Part shown: piece after piece, positions 12,201 through 23,709 of the stretch
Layout of the letters: every line of letters starts with the position of its first letter
How positions within the stretch are numbered: position 1 is the stretch's first letter
Translations under genes and position numbers: made by a program
Assembly (NCBI GenBank): GCA_965603825.1
Contig: CBFDEM010000036.1
Location: 868,001 to 932,000, forward strand
Origin: Blepharisma stoltei ATCC 30299
Lineage: Eukaryota > Protista > Ciliophora
DNA: 64,000 nucleotides
Reading direction: 5' to 3'
The notes under the pieces: model-generated
Databases searched by the model: none
The model's input: the letters and a program-made list of their open reading frames with translations, nothing else
Told to the model about the DNA's origin: nothing

Positions 12201-12785
12201 TTAAAACAAGAAATCATCTGGATATAAATCAGACATAGTAGGATGCGTTTGATATGAACCTTGTTTTGTAGTAAGGTCAGCAAAATTAAACGAAATCGTA
12301 GTTAAATCTGCCGACTCAGATAACTCTAAATTGGTAGGGCTATCTTTAATTCGAGACAGTTTGGGCAAAGTCTCATTGGTACTCAAAGTACTGGCATCGG
12401 ATCCCAATTCTTTTCTAGCTTTTTCAATAGGCTTAGAAAACAGGTTTTCATCAGCTGCATGCTTCTGACGTTTATTAGGAGGCGGGGAAGAACTCGCCTC
12501 TGCAGTGTCAGGGACAAGAAGATTTTTTGCTGAGTCTTTGTGCCAGGTTTCAACTTTATCCATATGCTCTTTGGCAGCTTGTAGGCCAAAGAAAAGCTGG
12601 GTTGCATCTTTGGTTGAATATTCTATTCAAGATTTTGTCTCTGGGGAATAAACAACAAGTAACAGGTCAACTTCGTGCTGAGTAGCTAACTCCACTGCCT
12701 TTTTAACAAGGGTTTGGATTTTATTAGATCTTAGCCTTCCGTCATTATTTTTTCTGCGGCCTTCACGGATTTTATTGTGATTCAT
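12201..12785 (-). CDS. Divergent MADS-box (SRF/MEF2-like) transcription factor, 194 aa
   Basis: Extending ORF 12201..12563 upstream through one TGA gives NKIQTLVKKAVELATQHEVDLLLVVYSPETKSWIEYST, matching the MADS core LxKKAxELxxxxxxxxxLIVFS..xEYS. Confidence 0.7.
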
Positions 12786-13133
12786 TTATAACTATTTATA
12801 AGGGAAGTTAAATGCTGGTTTTTGAGGATTATAAATTAGTCCCGAATAAATATGAATTTCATTAATAAGAGTTTCGATATAGAAAATTTTGGAGTTTTCA
12901 ATAATTCTCCTGAGTAACTTGGCTATGAATTTATAAAAATGAAATTGAAATTTAAAACGCCACAATAATGGATTATTTTTAAATTTAATCGATCTAAATT
13001 ATAAATTATTGAGGATTTAGTTCAAAAAATAATATTTACTAATGAATTATTTAATTTGTCTATTTTTCTTTAAAAAATTAAGCTTTATGTGATTATTATA
13101 ATAATCCTGAACGATTTAAATATTAGTTACCTC

Positions 13134-13505
13134 TTAGCTCTTGCATGCTTTTCCATCACAGAATGGCGCTGAACTTGTATGCTTGCATAAACAAAGGGAG
13201 ACTTCTGACACTTTTTCCTGAATAACAAAAGGCACAGGCTTAAAAGCTGTTTTCATATGTGTAGAATCGCAGAAAGGCTGCTTCTTGCTGAGTCCACAGG
13301 AACACCAGTAGTATTTTTTGGTTCCTAACTGAGGGTTTTTAAAGACATAAGGCTGCTTAGCCACACAGACAGGGACAGGATTCTGAGTCCATTGGTCACT
13401 TTTCATATAAGGCTCTTTCTTGACATGGTTTGGGATTTTATAAATATTGAAATTTCTTCTCTGCTCCAAGATCTCAAGTTCAGCGAAAAACCTTTTCAGC
13501 ATCAT
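13134..13505 (-). CDS. CDGSH iron-sulfur protein (CISD3/MiNT-like), probably mitochondrial
   Basis: WCSCGLSKKQPFCDSTH and LCLCKHTSSAPFCDG; basic presequence MMLKRFF. Confidence 0.85.
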   Translation of the reverse strand: MMLKRFFAELEILEQRRNFNIYKIPNHVKKEPYMKSDQWTQNPVPVCVAKQPYVFKNPQLGTKKYYWCSCGLSKKQPFCDSTHMKTAFKPVPFVIQEKVSEVSLCLCKHTSSAPFCDGKACKS

Positions 13506-13626
13506 TTATTTTATATTCACATTTTTTGTTTAGATAGATAAGAAATATCCTAGGATTATGAAAGAAATTCTTTATTTAAGTAATTATTTGCGTAAATGAC
13601 TAATTTATTGTAATATTATTTGTGAT

Positions 13627-13812
13627 ATGTCTAGCATTGCTTTGAAATTACCGATCTTTTCAGTTCTAGAAGACTTTATCATGCTACTAGGGAGGAACAA
13701 GAGGTGGCCGACTAAGTCAAACCATGGGAGCAGGCCAAATTCACATATTGTTAGGCAGCTGAAGAAAAAAGCTTATCATACAAGGCAGTCTGATCCAAAG
13801 TCCACTGCATAA
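13627..13812 (+). CDS. Small basic protein, 61 aa
   Basis: Clean ATG..TAA ORF, GC-richer than its flanks, K/R-rich C-terminal half (RNKRWPTKSNHGSRPNSH). Confidence 0.55.
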   Translation: MSSIALKLPIFSVLEDFIMLLGRNKRWPTKSNHGSRPNSHIVRQLKKKAYHTRQSDPKSTA

Positions 13813-14166
13813 ATATTAAACCTAAATAATAGCATTGGTTTAATCTACCATTAGCCATAAGTATTGATATTAAAATTAAGGAAGAGGTATGATAAAAATT
13901 ATTGAAAGGTAAAAATATTTACCTGCCTTATAAGGAAATTCCTCAAAAAATGGTGCCAATTTGTGAAGAATTCTAGATGCGATTACTTATAATAAAAATG
14001 ATTCTAAATATAAGGATTAAGATTAAAAGGAAAATATTTCGAAAAATTCTTTTACAAATAATTAACTTAAAAACGTATTTTATTAGACCTGTGGAATTAA
14101 ATTTTGTTCTGATATCCATTTTATCTCATACAAAAAAGAATTTATAAAAATTAAATAGTGATCAAT

Positions 14167-14628
14167 ATGTTGCCACAAGTCATCAATAGCACATCTTCTC
14201 AGTCCTTTGGTCAGTTTTCAGGGCTATCTCAACTAGAGATTCCTGAGCAGCCTAGCAAAGCAAAAAGCAAAAAAAAGGCGAAAAAAGGAAACGACTTTTC
14301 TATAAGGTATAAAACTGAGATCTGCAAGAACTGGGAGAATGGTTTTTGCGAGTTTGGAGAAAAATGTACTTTCGCCCATGGCGAAGATGAACTTAGGTCT
14401 AAAGAGGGTCTCCCTTGCAAACAAACTAAGACATGCAAGCAATACTTTGAGTTCGGCTACTGCCTCATGGGCTCAAAATGTCCTGCTCTGCATGCTGAAG
14501 ACTCTCAAAAAACCGCTTCAAGCTCTCCATCTAACAGTACAGTAGCTAGCAGAAAAACGTCTATAGACAGCACATATCAAGACCAGCCAATAATTATTGA
14601 CCTCGAAGCGAGAGGATTGTATATATAA
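14167..14628 (+). CDS. Tandem CCCH zinc-finger RNA-binding protein (tristetraprolin/ZFP36 family)
   Basis: RYKTEIC-x8-C-x5-C-x3-H plus a second CCCH finger. Confidence 0.9.
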   Translation: MLPQVINSTSSQSFGQFSGLSQLEIPEQPSKAKSKKKAKKGNDFSIRYKTEICKNWENGFCEFGEKCTFAHGEDELRSKEGLPCKQTKTCKQYFEFGYCLMGSKCPALHAEDSQKTASSSPSNSTVASRKTSIDSTYQDQPIIIDLEARGLYI

Positions 14629-15089
14629 ATATACAAAGAATACTTAATGTAATTAACTTTAATTTGTTTATAAGCCGTTTTTACATTTTTTTAACTTTTA
14701 GCTGATTACTACGGCAGTTTTGTAACAGTTATTTCGTCAAGTATTTGCGATTTAAGGCTCCGAAAATGGCAGATTTAGGATTTAAAAAAGTGCTTGGCAG
14801 AAAATTAATAAAATCTTAGATTAACTGCTTAGAAAATTTTATTCAGAAGGCTTCTAAGCAGTTATGTTATAAGTAACTTTAAGAGAAGCTTAATTTTTCG
14901 AAAAATAGCATCATATATAATTCACCTTAGCACAACATAGCAATACGTCTATTAATTAGATTTGGTATTTGCGTATACTCTAAATAAGAAGAGAAGTTTT
15001 ATTAAAAGCTATATAAATAATTAAAGTTAATCTTCTATAATTAAATCTATGTCTTCATAAATTATCAAATTTCTATTATTTTAAGCTTG

Positions 15090-15635
15090 CTACCAATCCA
15101 AATCATTATGAGTCCCATCGCAAAACTGTTTATTTTTCGAGCATTTGCACCCACAAAGATAATACGTTTTCTTTTCACTTACTTCAAACTGAATAGGAGC
15201 AAAAATTGACCCTTGATGAGATCCATCACAAAAAGGCTGAGTTTTAGATTTTCCACAGTCACAATAAAAATATTTTACCCCAGGCTCGAGCTCTACTGCA
15301 TATGGGCCTTTTTGAGGGTGTCCTTTTTGCTTCAGGATCTCCATTTCAGCAGGACTTTGCTGCTGAAGTCCCCAATTTACTATGTCTCTAAGCTCTTCTC
15401 TATCGAAAAACCACCCTGCAAACTGCAGCACATTCTCTGGGTGCTCATTCAAGGTTTCTCTCATGAAGATTTGTAGCATAACTGTAAGTTCTGGATGGTC
15501 TCGCAAATATTTTTCATTTGAAATCCTGATGTCTAGTTTCTTCTTTTCAAGGTCTTTTCGGTGGACTTTAAGAATCCCTGGAACTCCTATTGCGTTGTGT
15601 GGGTTTCTAAAAGGAGGATTGTCCTCTTGAGACAT
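15090..15635 (-). CDS. RIIa/Dpy-30-type dimerization domain fused to two CDGSH Fe-S motifs
   Basis: NEKYLRDHPELTVMLQIFMRETLNEHPENVLQFAGWFF, then YCDCGKSKTQPFCDGSH and LCGCKCSKNKQFCDGTH, all in one frame. Confidence 0.8.
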   Translation of the reverse strand: MSQEDNPPFRNPHNAIGVPGILKVHRKDLEKKKLDIRISNEKYLRDHPELTVMLQIFMRETLNEHPENVLQFAGWFFDREELRDIVNWGLQQQSPAEMEILKQKGHPQKGPYAVELEPGVKYFYCDCGKSKTQPFCDGSHQGSIFAPIQFEVSEKKTYYLCGCKCSKNKQFCDGTHNDLDW

Positions 15636-15761
15636 TATTAAATAATTATAATTACATTTTAAGAAATAAATTAAAGAAATAGAGATTTTAAGGCAAAGCA
15701 GCTAAGAATATTGAAAATAATAAAATTGATGTCAATCTAAATGAAATCAAACTTTGCATAA

Positions 15762-16259
15762 ATGGCAGCAATTCATAAGCACAAAGAAAGTCAAATAAAA
15801 GATTCTCTACAAGTGATCATAAAAGGCAGAGAAGAAATCATCAACCGAAAAGGCATATCCACCCACAAAAATTCCAAATCAATTCAAAAAACCCTTTTTC
15901 AAGACTCAGAAAAATCTGAGGATAACGATTTAGATGGCGAACTGAATTGCAGCTCAATTTCAGCAGATGTGGAATATAAATATAAAGGCTTTGGTAACAA
16001 AACACCTATAAATTTATCAAAATTACACCAGGAAATTCAAATGAGAAAATCAGAACAAAAATTAAGGGAGTTAGAAATGAAAGATATTTGCCCATCAGAG
16101 TCTAGTAAGGAATGCAATGGGGAAATTGAGGAAGTAAGGAAAAACTTAGAAGAGGAAATGGGCCATAATCTACCGACAAGTCCTGAAGAAGATATGGATC
16201 CTGAAAGCAATGAAACCAGGTTTTTTTGCTGTAAAAAGTTATGCATGTGTTTTAGGTAG
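15762..16259 (+). CDS. Hypothetical protein with a Cys-rich C-terminus (possible palmitoylation)
   Basis: 165-aa ATG..TAG ORF ending FFCCKKLCMCFR. Confidence 0.65.
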   Translation: MAAIHKHKESQIKDSLQVIIKGREEIINRKGISTHKNSKSIQKTLFQDSEKSEDNDLDGELNCSSISADVEYKYKGFGNKTPINLSKLHQEIQMRKSEQKLRELEMKDICPSESSKECNGEIEEVRKNLEEEMGHNLPTSPEEDMDPESNETRFFCCKKLCMCFR

Positions 16260-16391
16260 AATTAATTAAATTTATGCACATTGTCTGGTAAAGCTGATTT
16301 AGGTAAAATCTGATAAAAATCACTGCAAGAATGACATTTAAGAAAAAATATGGAAAAAAATCTAGCCCATTTAATTAATCAATTATCATTA

Positions 16392-19300
16392 TTAGCTTGT
16401 TTGACTACTATTTCCATAGTCATATGGTGCATTTGGCTTTAAATCATCCGAAGTGTCCACATTTACTTCTACGCTATTATTTGATATCTCAAGAGACTTC
16501 GACTGCCTCACAAATGAGTAAATTTCATATGAACTAGATTCGCTTGAATCATATGAAACAATTGGAAGGCATTCACTTTTTTCCATTGACAATAAATACA
16601 AGTCTTCCATATTTTCCACCTTTAAATCCGAGTCACAAGTCACTTCTTTATCATCTCTCATTTCTTCCACAATATTTGCTTTCCACCTTTTAACCGTTTC
16701 TTTATAATTATTAAAATTGCCTTTTGTAACGACTTCTTGTAGATCTGGGACAAATTTCACAGCCATTGTGGCGCTTTCATACATCATTTTGCGGAACCAA
16801 AAGTAAAGAAAATAGCAATTTGAGAGCACAATGACCAAAAAGAAAAACCATTTTCCTCCGGTGTCTAGATCACCAGTTAAATAAAACAGCCCACAATAAA
16901 TAGTTAATGCAGATACAAGGACTCCTCTAAGCTCTGACTCATTTAAATCAATAAAAGAGAAAGGATTATTTTTAAACTGCCAGTAGAGAAATACCAATAT
17001 AACAGAAAAGCACCCTAAAGCTTGAATTTTGATAGAAACAGAGTTAAGAAATACAGTAAGACAGATGATGCTTAATTTCCTTGCTAAAATCACAAATTCC
17101 CAATAATAAGCTTCATCTCGATATCCATTATACAAAAACCCAAGCCTTAACTTGTGAGCAAGCATGTGAAGTTTTTTTCTCTTTTTTATCAAATATAGCA
17201 AAATTATATAAGGAACTCCTACAGACCAAACAACAATTCCAGGAAGTGCTACACATAGGGTATAAAGTGCATGAGTTTCATCCCAGCATTTAATATCTAA
17301 ATTTTTAACCAAATATGAGTCGCCATATAAATTCTTGCAGTTAAAGATTGAAAATAAATAGTTTGTAAGTGAGGGATGAATCAGGAAAAATAGGATACAG
17401 CAGGATGCAATATATTGCTCTTTCATTACCCTCTTATTATTTCTGATAAATGCGACAAACAGCCAAAATAGTGTCAAAATAATTCCAAGGACTGCTGGGA
17501 TTAATGCAATGATGATAAGCTTGGTAAAGTAAATTTCTTTATATGAGTTTTTATCAGACTTGTCAATTAAAAAACAATCAAATGAGAACATTTGAGTAGA
17601 GACTTCGCCTGTTTTAGATTGAGCATTTATTAGCTCACTCACTGGGAATGGCCAGCTAAGATCTAGCTGAGACACTAGTGATATAAGCTGTATATAGTTA
17701 ATAAGAATTTTGATATAAATCGAAACAATTGATTTTTCTATATATGCGCTTCTCAAGGAAGATCTTACCATAATAACCAGAACTATTATGATTATAATCC
17801 CAATTCCAATCAGTTTCATAGCGTTCGAAAGATCATCAGGACATTTCCCACATGTGTTAGTCCCTGATGAAGAATATCCATCATCACATGCCTGACATAA
17901 ATTCCCTTTATACCCAGTAGCACACCTCCCTACAAGATCATAATCTTTGGTGGTTGTTTTAACCCCACCAAGGCAAGCACCTGTATTTAAGCACTCATAT
18001 ATAGTAGCAGAGTCATTGCTTCCATGCCAATGACCATCATCAGGGGCTACTAAATATCCACCATAGCAGACTGCGTCATTTGGACAATTTTCACATTGGT
18101 CATTTATATTATAACTATATGTCCCTGCTTGGCAATAATCGCACTTATTGTCAGTATAGTATTCCCCTTTTACACATTCCCTCATAGTGATAGAAATCCC
18201 TAAACTGCTTTCTGTTGAGGTGGATTCTGAGGTATAGCCTGTGCTGCTACCTATTGAGGGGGCAGTAAACCTCAAAGTTGTAGAAGTTCCTGGGGTAGCT
18301 GTAATATAAATATAACGAAATGTAGTAATTCCTTTGGTAGGGGTGCTGTCAGTAGTTCCTGACACAGTTATATTAACTGTGGATTTTATAGCAATTGAGT
18401 AGGTGTCAAAGCCAATTGAAGAAATTTGATTATAAGCATCAATTAAGCCGATATAGATGGGATCACTGAACTGCTGGCCACTTGCCACACTACTGAAATC
18501 TGTAAGAACACGTGATCCGCTTGAAATTTCGCCATCTGAAGTAACCAAAGCTAGCTTTATAGGGTATGCAGCCCAGTTATTCCCATAGGATGCAAGATTG
18601 TTTGTAAATATATTGTCTGTATCAGTTGGCTGGTTCCCAGTCCAATAAATAGCCCCTCCAGAATTACTGGCACTATTATCTGTAAAATTACTTTTATAAA
18701 TGCTTGCTCCACATGGGCTTGAATATCCTCCTTCACAATAAATATATATTGACCCTCCTGAGTCAATCGCTTTATTTTTAGTAAAATTTGAATAGTTAAT
18801 TGACGGACTGGCATTTTTTAAATAAATTGCTCCCCCAGAAATCGCAGAGTTTGAGCTAAAAATGCATTTTTCTATAGTCGCATTTTCAGAATTTGCTAGA
18901 TAAATGGCAGCTCCATTAGATGTGGTGGTTAAATTTAAAAATGAAGAGTCAGTAATTGAGATAGCTGATGAGTCTTGACTATAAAAGCCATTAGAGCCAC
19001 CTGAACCATTCTGAAAAGTAGCACTTTTAATAGAAATTTTTAGCATAGATGAGCAGTATATAGCCCCATATACATATGAGTAAAATAAAGTGTTGCTGAC
19101 ACGTAAATAAGAATTTTGTAAATAAATAGCAAAAACGCTAGAATATGACCCAGCCTTATTATAGATAAAAGAGCTGCCATCAACATTGACTACACAATTG
19201 TTGCTTCCGTATATTCCGCTAGCAGAATCTTCGATGTTGTTATAGATGAATTTAGTTGAATAAATGGAAAGGCTGCTTCCAGAGTTTGTAATAGTACCAC

Positions 19301-22300
19301 CACCAGTAGAGATCCCATCTGTCAATATACACTTGCTGAGGACTGCATTGCCTCCTGTAGTAATATCAATAAAAGCGCCTTGGTATGCTGCTGTTTGGCT
19401 ACTAAGTGTTGAGTTTATGACAGCAATATCACCACCACTTACAATAATCCCAGGAGAATTGCTTTCTGCGGTATTACTTATCATTGTAATGTTTAGCATT
19501 AACATCGTAGTCTCAATTATATAAATAGTTCCTCCTTGTGAAGCAGAATTAAAACCAAAATAAGTATTGTTAATAGCGCTATCATCAGTATTTGAATTAA
19601 AAACAAGAGCTGAACCTTTAGTATTCGTATGATTTTCTGTGAAATTGCAATATGTAAGATTTGCGACTGATGAGCTGGCGACTGATAGAGATCTTTCTGT
19701 ATTTTTATAAAATGTGCATCCTGTACAGTTGATGGTACTTCATAATATATCGACTATAGAATGTGTGTATATACCTTCACTGTCAGCATACCCGTTATTT
19801 TGACTAAAATAGGTATCTGTAAGGTAAAGCTCAGATTGGCCTTGGGCAAAGACACTTCTTCAGTTAGAAATAAATTTGCTGTGAGTATCAGTTCAGGTGA
19901 AATATGTCATTTGTAGGGCAATATTATGGTTTTCAGAAAAAGTGCAATTTGTGGTTGTTATAGTAGCACCAGATATTGTGGATAATAAGTTTATAGTTTC
20001 GTCCCCTGTCTCAGATAAAAATTCAACATTTTCCAAAGCAATTAAATCTCCAGACGTTTCAAAAAACCCATATATCGCAGAAGGCCCTGGGCTCGCAGTA
20101 TTTTTTTGAAAAACAGAGTCCTTAATAGATACTAGTCCTGAGTGATATAAACTGACTGTCCCAGAATACCCAGAATTTTCTTGAAATTCACATTTATTTA
20201 TCTCAGCTTTGCTAATCTTTGTGTTCATTGGGATATAAATCACGCTTCCTCCATTAGCAGCATAATTTTTTGTAAATTGAGAACCATAAATATAAATAAT
20301 TACAAAATTTTCCGCTGTAATATAGGCAGCTCCTCCTAACGTAGCTGATCCATCAATAAATGTGCAATTTACTATAGAAATGTAGCTTAAAGGACTAGTT
20401 GAATAAGCAGAATAAATCCCTCCTCCGTATTTTTCAGTTTTTACACTATCAAAATTGCTATTGCTTATTGTGAATATTACTATGTTTTCTGCATAAACTC
20501 CTCCTCCCTCAGTTTTTGCAGAAACATCAGTCATTTCTATATAATTAAGTGTCGCATTTAAAAATCCATTTCCCTCAATTCCGCCAAGACCAACAGAATT
20601 TGTTACATTTTTAAACGTAGCTTGGCTTATAGAGCAGTTTGTAACAGATGGGTCTCCAAATAATGCAATAAAAGATTCTTGGTCATTAGTAAATTTTATA
20701 TTATTTGCCGTAGCATTTGTGATATTTATAAAATATTGGGCCTTAGCATATACAAAATGTGCTAAATTGCTCAGGGAAATATCTTCAATTGAGACCGTTG
20801 AAACGTTAAAATAGTATAAATTCATTGCATAAATACCATCTGATGAAGAAATGCTGCTAAAAATCCCAAATTTCTTTGGCAAGTATCCTTTGCTTACAAA
20901 TCTAGAAATAATTAAACTATCAATATCATTTTTAGTTAGTCCATTATTTCAGTCCAAATAAATACTCGTCATGTTTATACTGGGATGCTTATTTAGATAT
21001 ACAAGCTGAGGCGAATAACAATCAGTAACTTCTAAATTTTTAAAAGTCACGTAATTTGCTTTTACATTGACTTTTATTTTATCTGCTCCATTTGCAATCT
21101 CTGTCGTCCCGCCATATATACTATAATTTGGGATATCCTGACTATTCGTAATATCGATTAATTTGGTATTCGCAATGGAATTTTCAAAAGTATTGCCTGA
21201 GAATTCCATATTAATCGGGACTGAGTTCATGCTTATTTTGATTATTGAAGTATCTGACCCTGAGTATGTAAATATATTGTTTGTGAAAATAATATATGAG
21301 AAGCTAGGCAAGGCTCCATCAATTACATAGTCATAATTCAAGCTCCAATCTTCTTCGTATTGCAAATACACAAGAGCTGCATATGCATAATTTGTGTCAA
21401 AAGTGTTATATTGGATAGATACTTGCTGTTCACAGTTATAAATGTATATTAATGGCCCACAAAACTGAGAGGTGACTGCACTTCCACAGAGAACCAAATT
21501 ATTGGTAAAAGAAACATAAGAGATTTTTATATTTCCTGAGTATTTAGCATATAAGAAGCTAGACTGTTGAATATTTGTGTAATAGTTATAGCCATTATTA
21601 AGCAAAGAAACTGACCCATGTATATAATAAAACGTGTCAAAGCATCATTTAGTAGAATCACACACAATTTTTATGATAGAATACTGGTTTACCGATGTGG
21701 AGTCCATAACTTTCAAATTTTGGAAATTTACGTTGTAAAGCCGGATTTTTCCTCCGGTTGAATTTATTAAGCTTTTGCAGCCGATTCTCATGTGCTGTAT
21801 TGTCGTGTTAATCATGTATAAATTAGCAGTATTTCCGATATCAATAAGGTTAGCAGAAGACCATGAGCATCAGTTTGTGTAGCCACCATTGCCGTCTGAA
21901 GATGCAGAATATGGGCAATACTCACAACTATCAGTATTGCAAGAAGAATCAAGAGCTTGCTGCCCATCTATTATTACGTTTATAAAATACAGACTGAGAA
22001 CGTGTTCAATTGGAAACGTAAAATTCTGCATTTGGAGCTTTAAAGTAGCGAATTCTGTGCAGGGATCGCAGTCTGTTAAAAATTTAATTGTCGTGTTTGA
22101 GGAATAAGAGGTTTCCCAAATATTGGTAATTGGGTAAATCCCTGGCTTTAGCCTTATTTCAATGTTTCTCTCACACAATGAGGTTTTATAAAAGACAGTT
22201 GATAAATCCCTATATGGATTTTCTGCTGAGCCATCAGGGTTTGATTTTGTTGAGCTTGAGTCAATATATATAAGGGTCGGGCTGGAATAGCTGCTTTTAT

Positions 22301-23276
22301 CAGTTATTGCTATATAAAAATTACGAATGCAGACGGTCGGATATGCAGAATTCGTTTCATAACAAGCTGGGCAGGTAGTTACGCACTTAGTATAGTAATT
22401 TATATATCCACTTTTGCATTTTAAGCAATCGTTTTCATTTGCACATCGATCACAGTTTGCATCACATTTAAATGATTCAAAGCATCCTCCCATTTGATAT
22501 GCGCTATATTTGTCTTGGCATTGTGTTGAGCATTGCCCATCAACTCCCTGTTTGAGAGTCGTTTCGTCACAGCCAGAAGTACTGATATCAAAAATTGAGG
22601 TAAAATCTTCCTTAGTCAGCTGTGAGTATTCATTATAAGTTCTTTTATAATTATCACTACACGTCTTTTGCTCAAGAGAGTCATACCCACACTCAGGCAC
22701 CATACAATAATCATTGCATTTTCCATAATTTTCCACTTTGCATCCTGAAGCACACCCACAGTCAGTTCCGTCATATTCACATTGAGAATTGAAGCATTTA
22801 TCATTACATTCTTTATTATCAAGCATTTCTTTATAACAGCCATCCGCACATCATCCACAGTCATTTAGATCATATCTGCAGTATATGTTGTCACAGGCAG
22901 AGTCACAAGTTTTATCTCCTAATATAGTAGATGTGCAGCCTGAGGCACAAACTCCGCAATCTCCTAGATCTCAGCCACATGAAGCTGTGTTGCAGGCTAT
23001 TTATGAAATACCTTGGTTGCAGGTACCGTCATGCAGCATGGAGAATAAGCATCCAGTTGATTCTTTAAGACAAGCTTCTAGACAGTCGCTTGATGCCATA
23101 AGTTCGCGTGTTGAATTATAGATGCTTTCATATGAGTCATAGTTGCAAGCTGGAGTCATGCAGTAAATATCGCATTGTCCATTGCCAATCTGAATAAAAG
23201 TTACATTGTTAGGAGGGCATAGAGACTCTTGGCAGTCCAAAGTCAGTGCTGAAACACCAATAAAGAAGAAAAACAT
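16392..23276 (-). CDS. Giant multi-pass surface receptor-like protein, 2289 aa: LNR repeats, Cys-rich domain, beta-helix repeats, Cys-rich repeats, multi-TM C-terminus
   Basis: Five track ORFs join in frame via 8 TGA=Trp and one 15-nt intron (22997-23011); LNR pattern GDKTCDSACDNIYCRYDLNDC and CNTASCGWDLGDC; FxxNxAxxGGAIY repeats; TM block with LGFLYNGYRDEAYYWEFV. Confidence 0.88.
22997..23011 (-). other. 15-nt spliceosomal intron GTATTTCATAAATAG
   Basis: Removal restores LNR spacing GTCNQACNTASCGWDLGDC; in-frame TAA inside. Confidence 0.9.
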
Positions 23277-23709
23277 TTTTTAATATGAATTATTGCAGTT
23301 TCAATTCTCTAAAATAGATAAAAATGAATTTTATAAAGAAATAAAGATTTTTGCTATAGTTTTTATAACCTCGAGAAATTATTTGCAAAGATATTAATGC
23401 CAGAATGTAGATTTTTGAATAGAAAAGAAAAATTCAAGAAAAATTTTAAATTCCGTTATAATAAAGACCAAAATAAACTATGTATTGCCTAGTTATATAA
23501 CATTCTTTTAAATGCACAAAATTATATGGAAACTATTCAATAAATTGCATCCAAGCAAATATTTTATCAGTGATTATATAATGCATTTTATCACACAAAT
23601 CAGATAAAGCCTCACATTTACATTTTATTGTAGCTTAAATAGTTTAGTATTTCTCAATAAATTAAGATCAGGTCAGCTCAATATGGAATATTAGAGTTAC
23701 ATTTTACTG

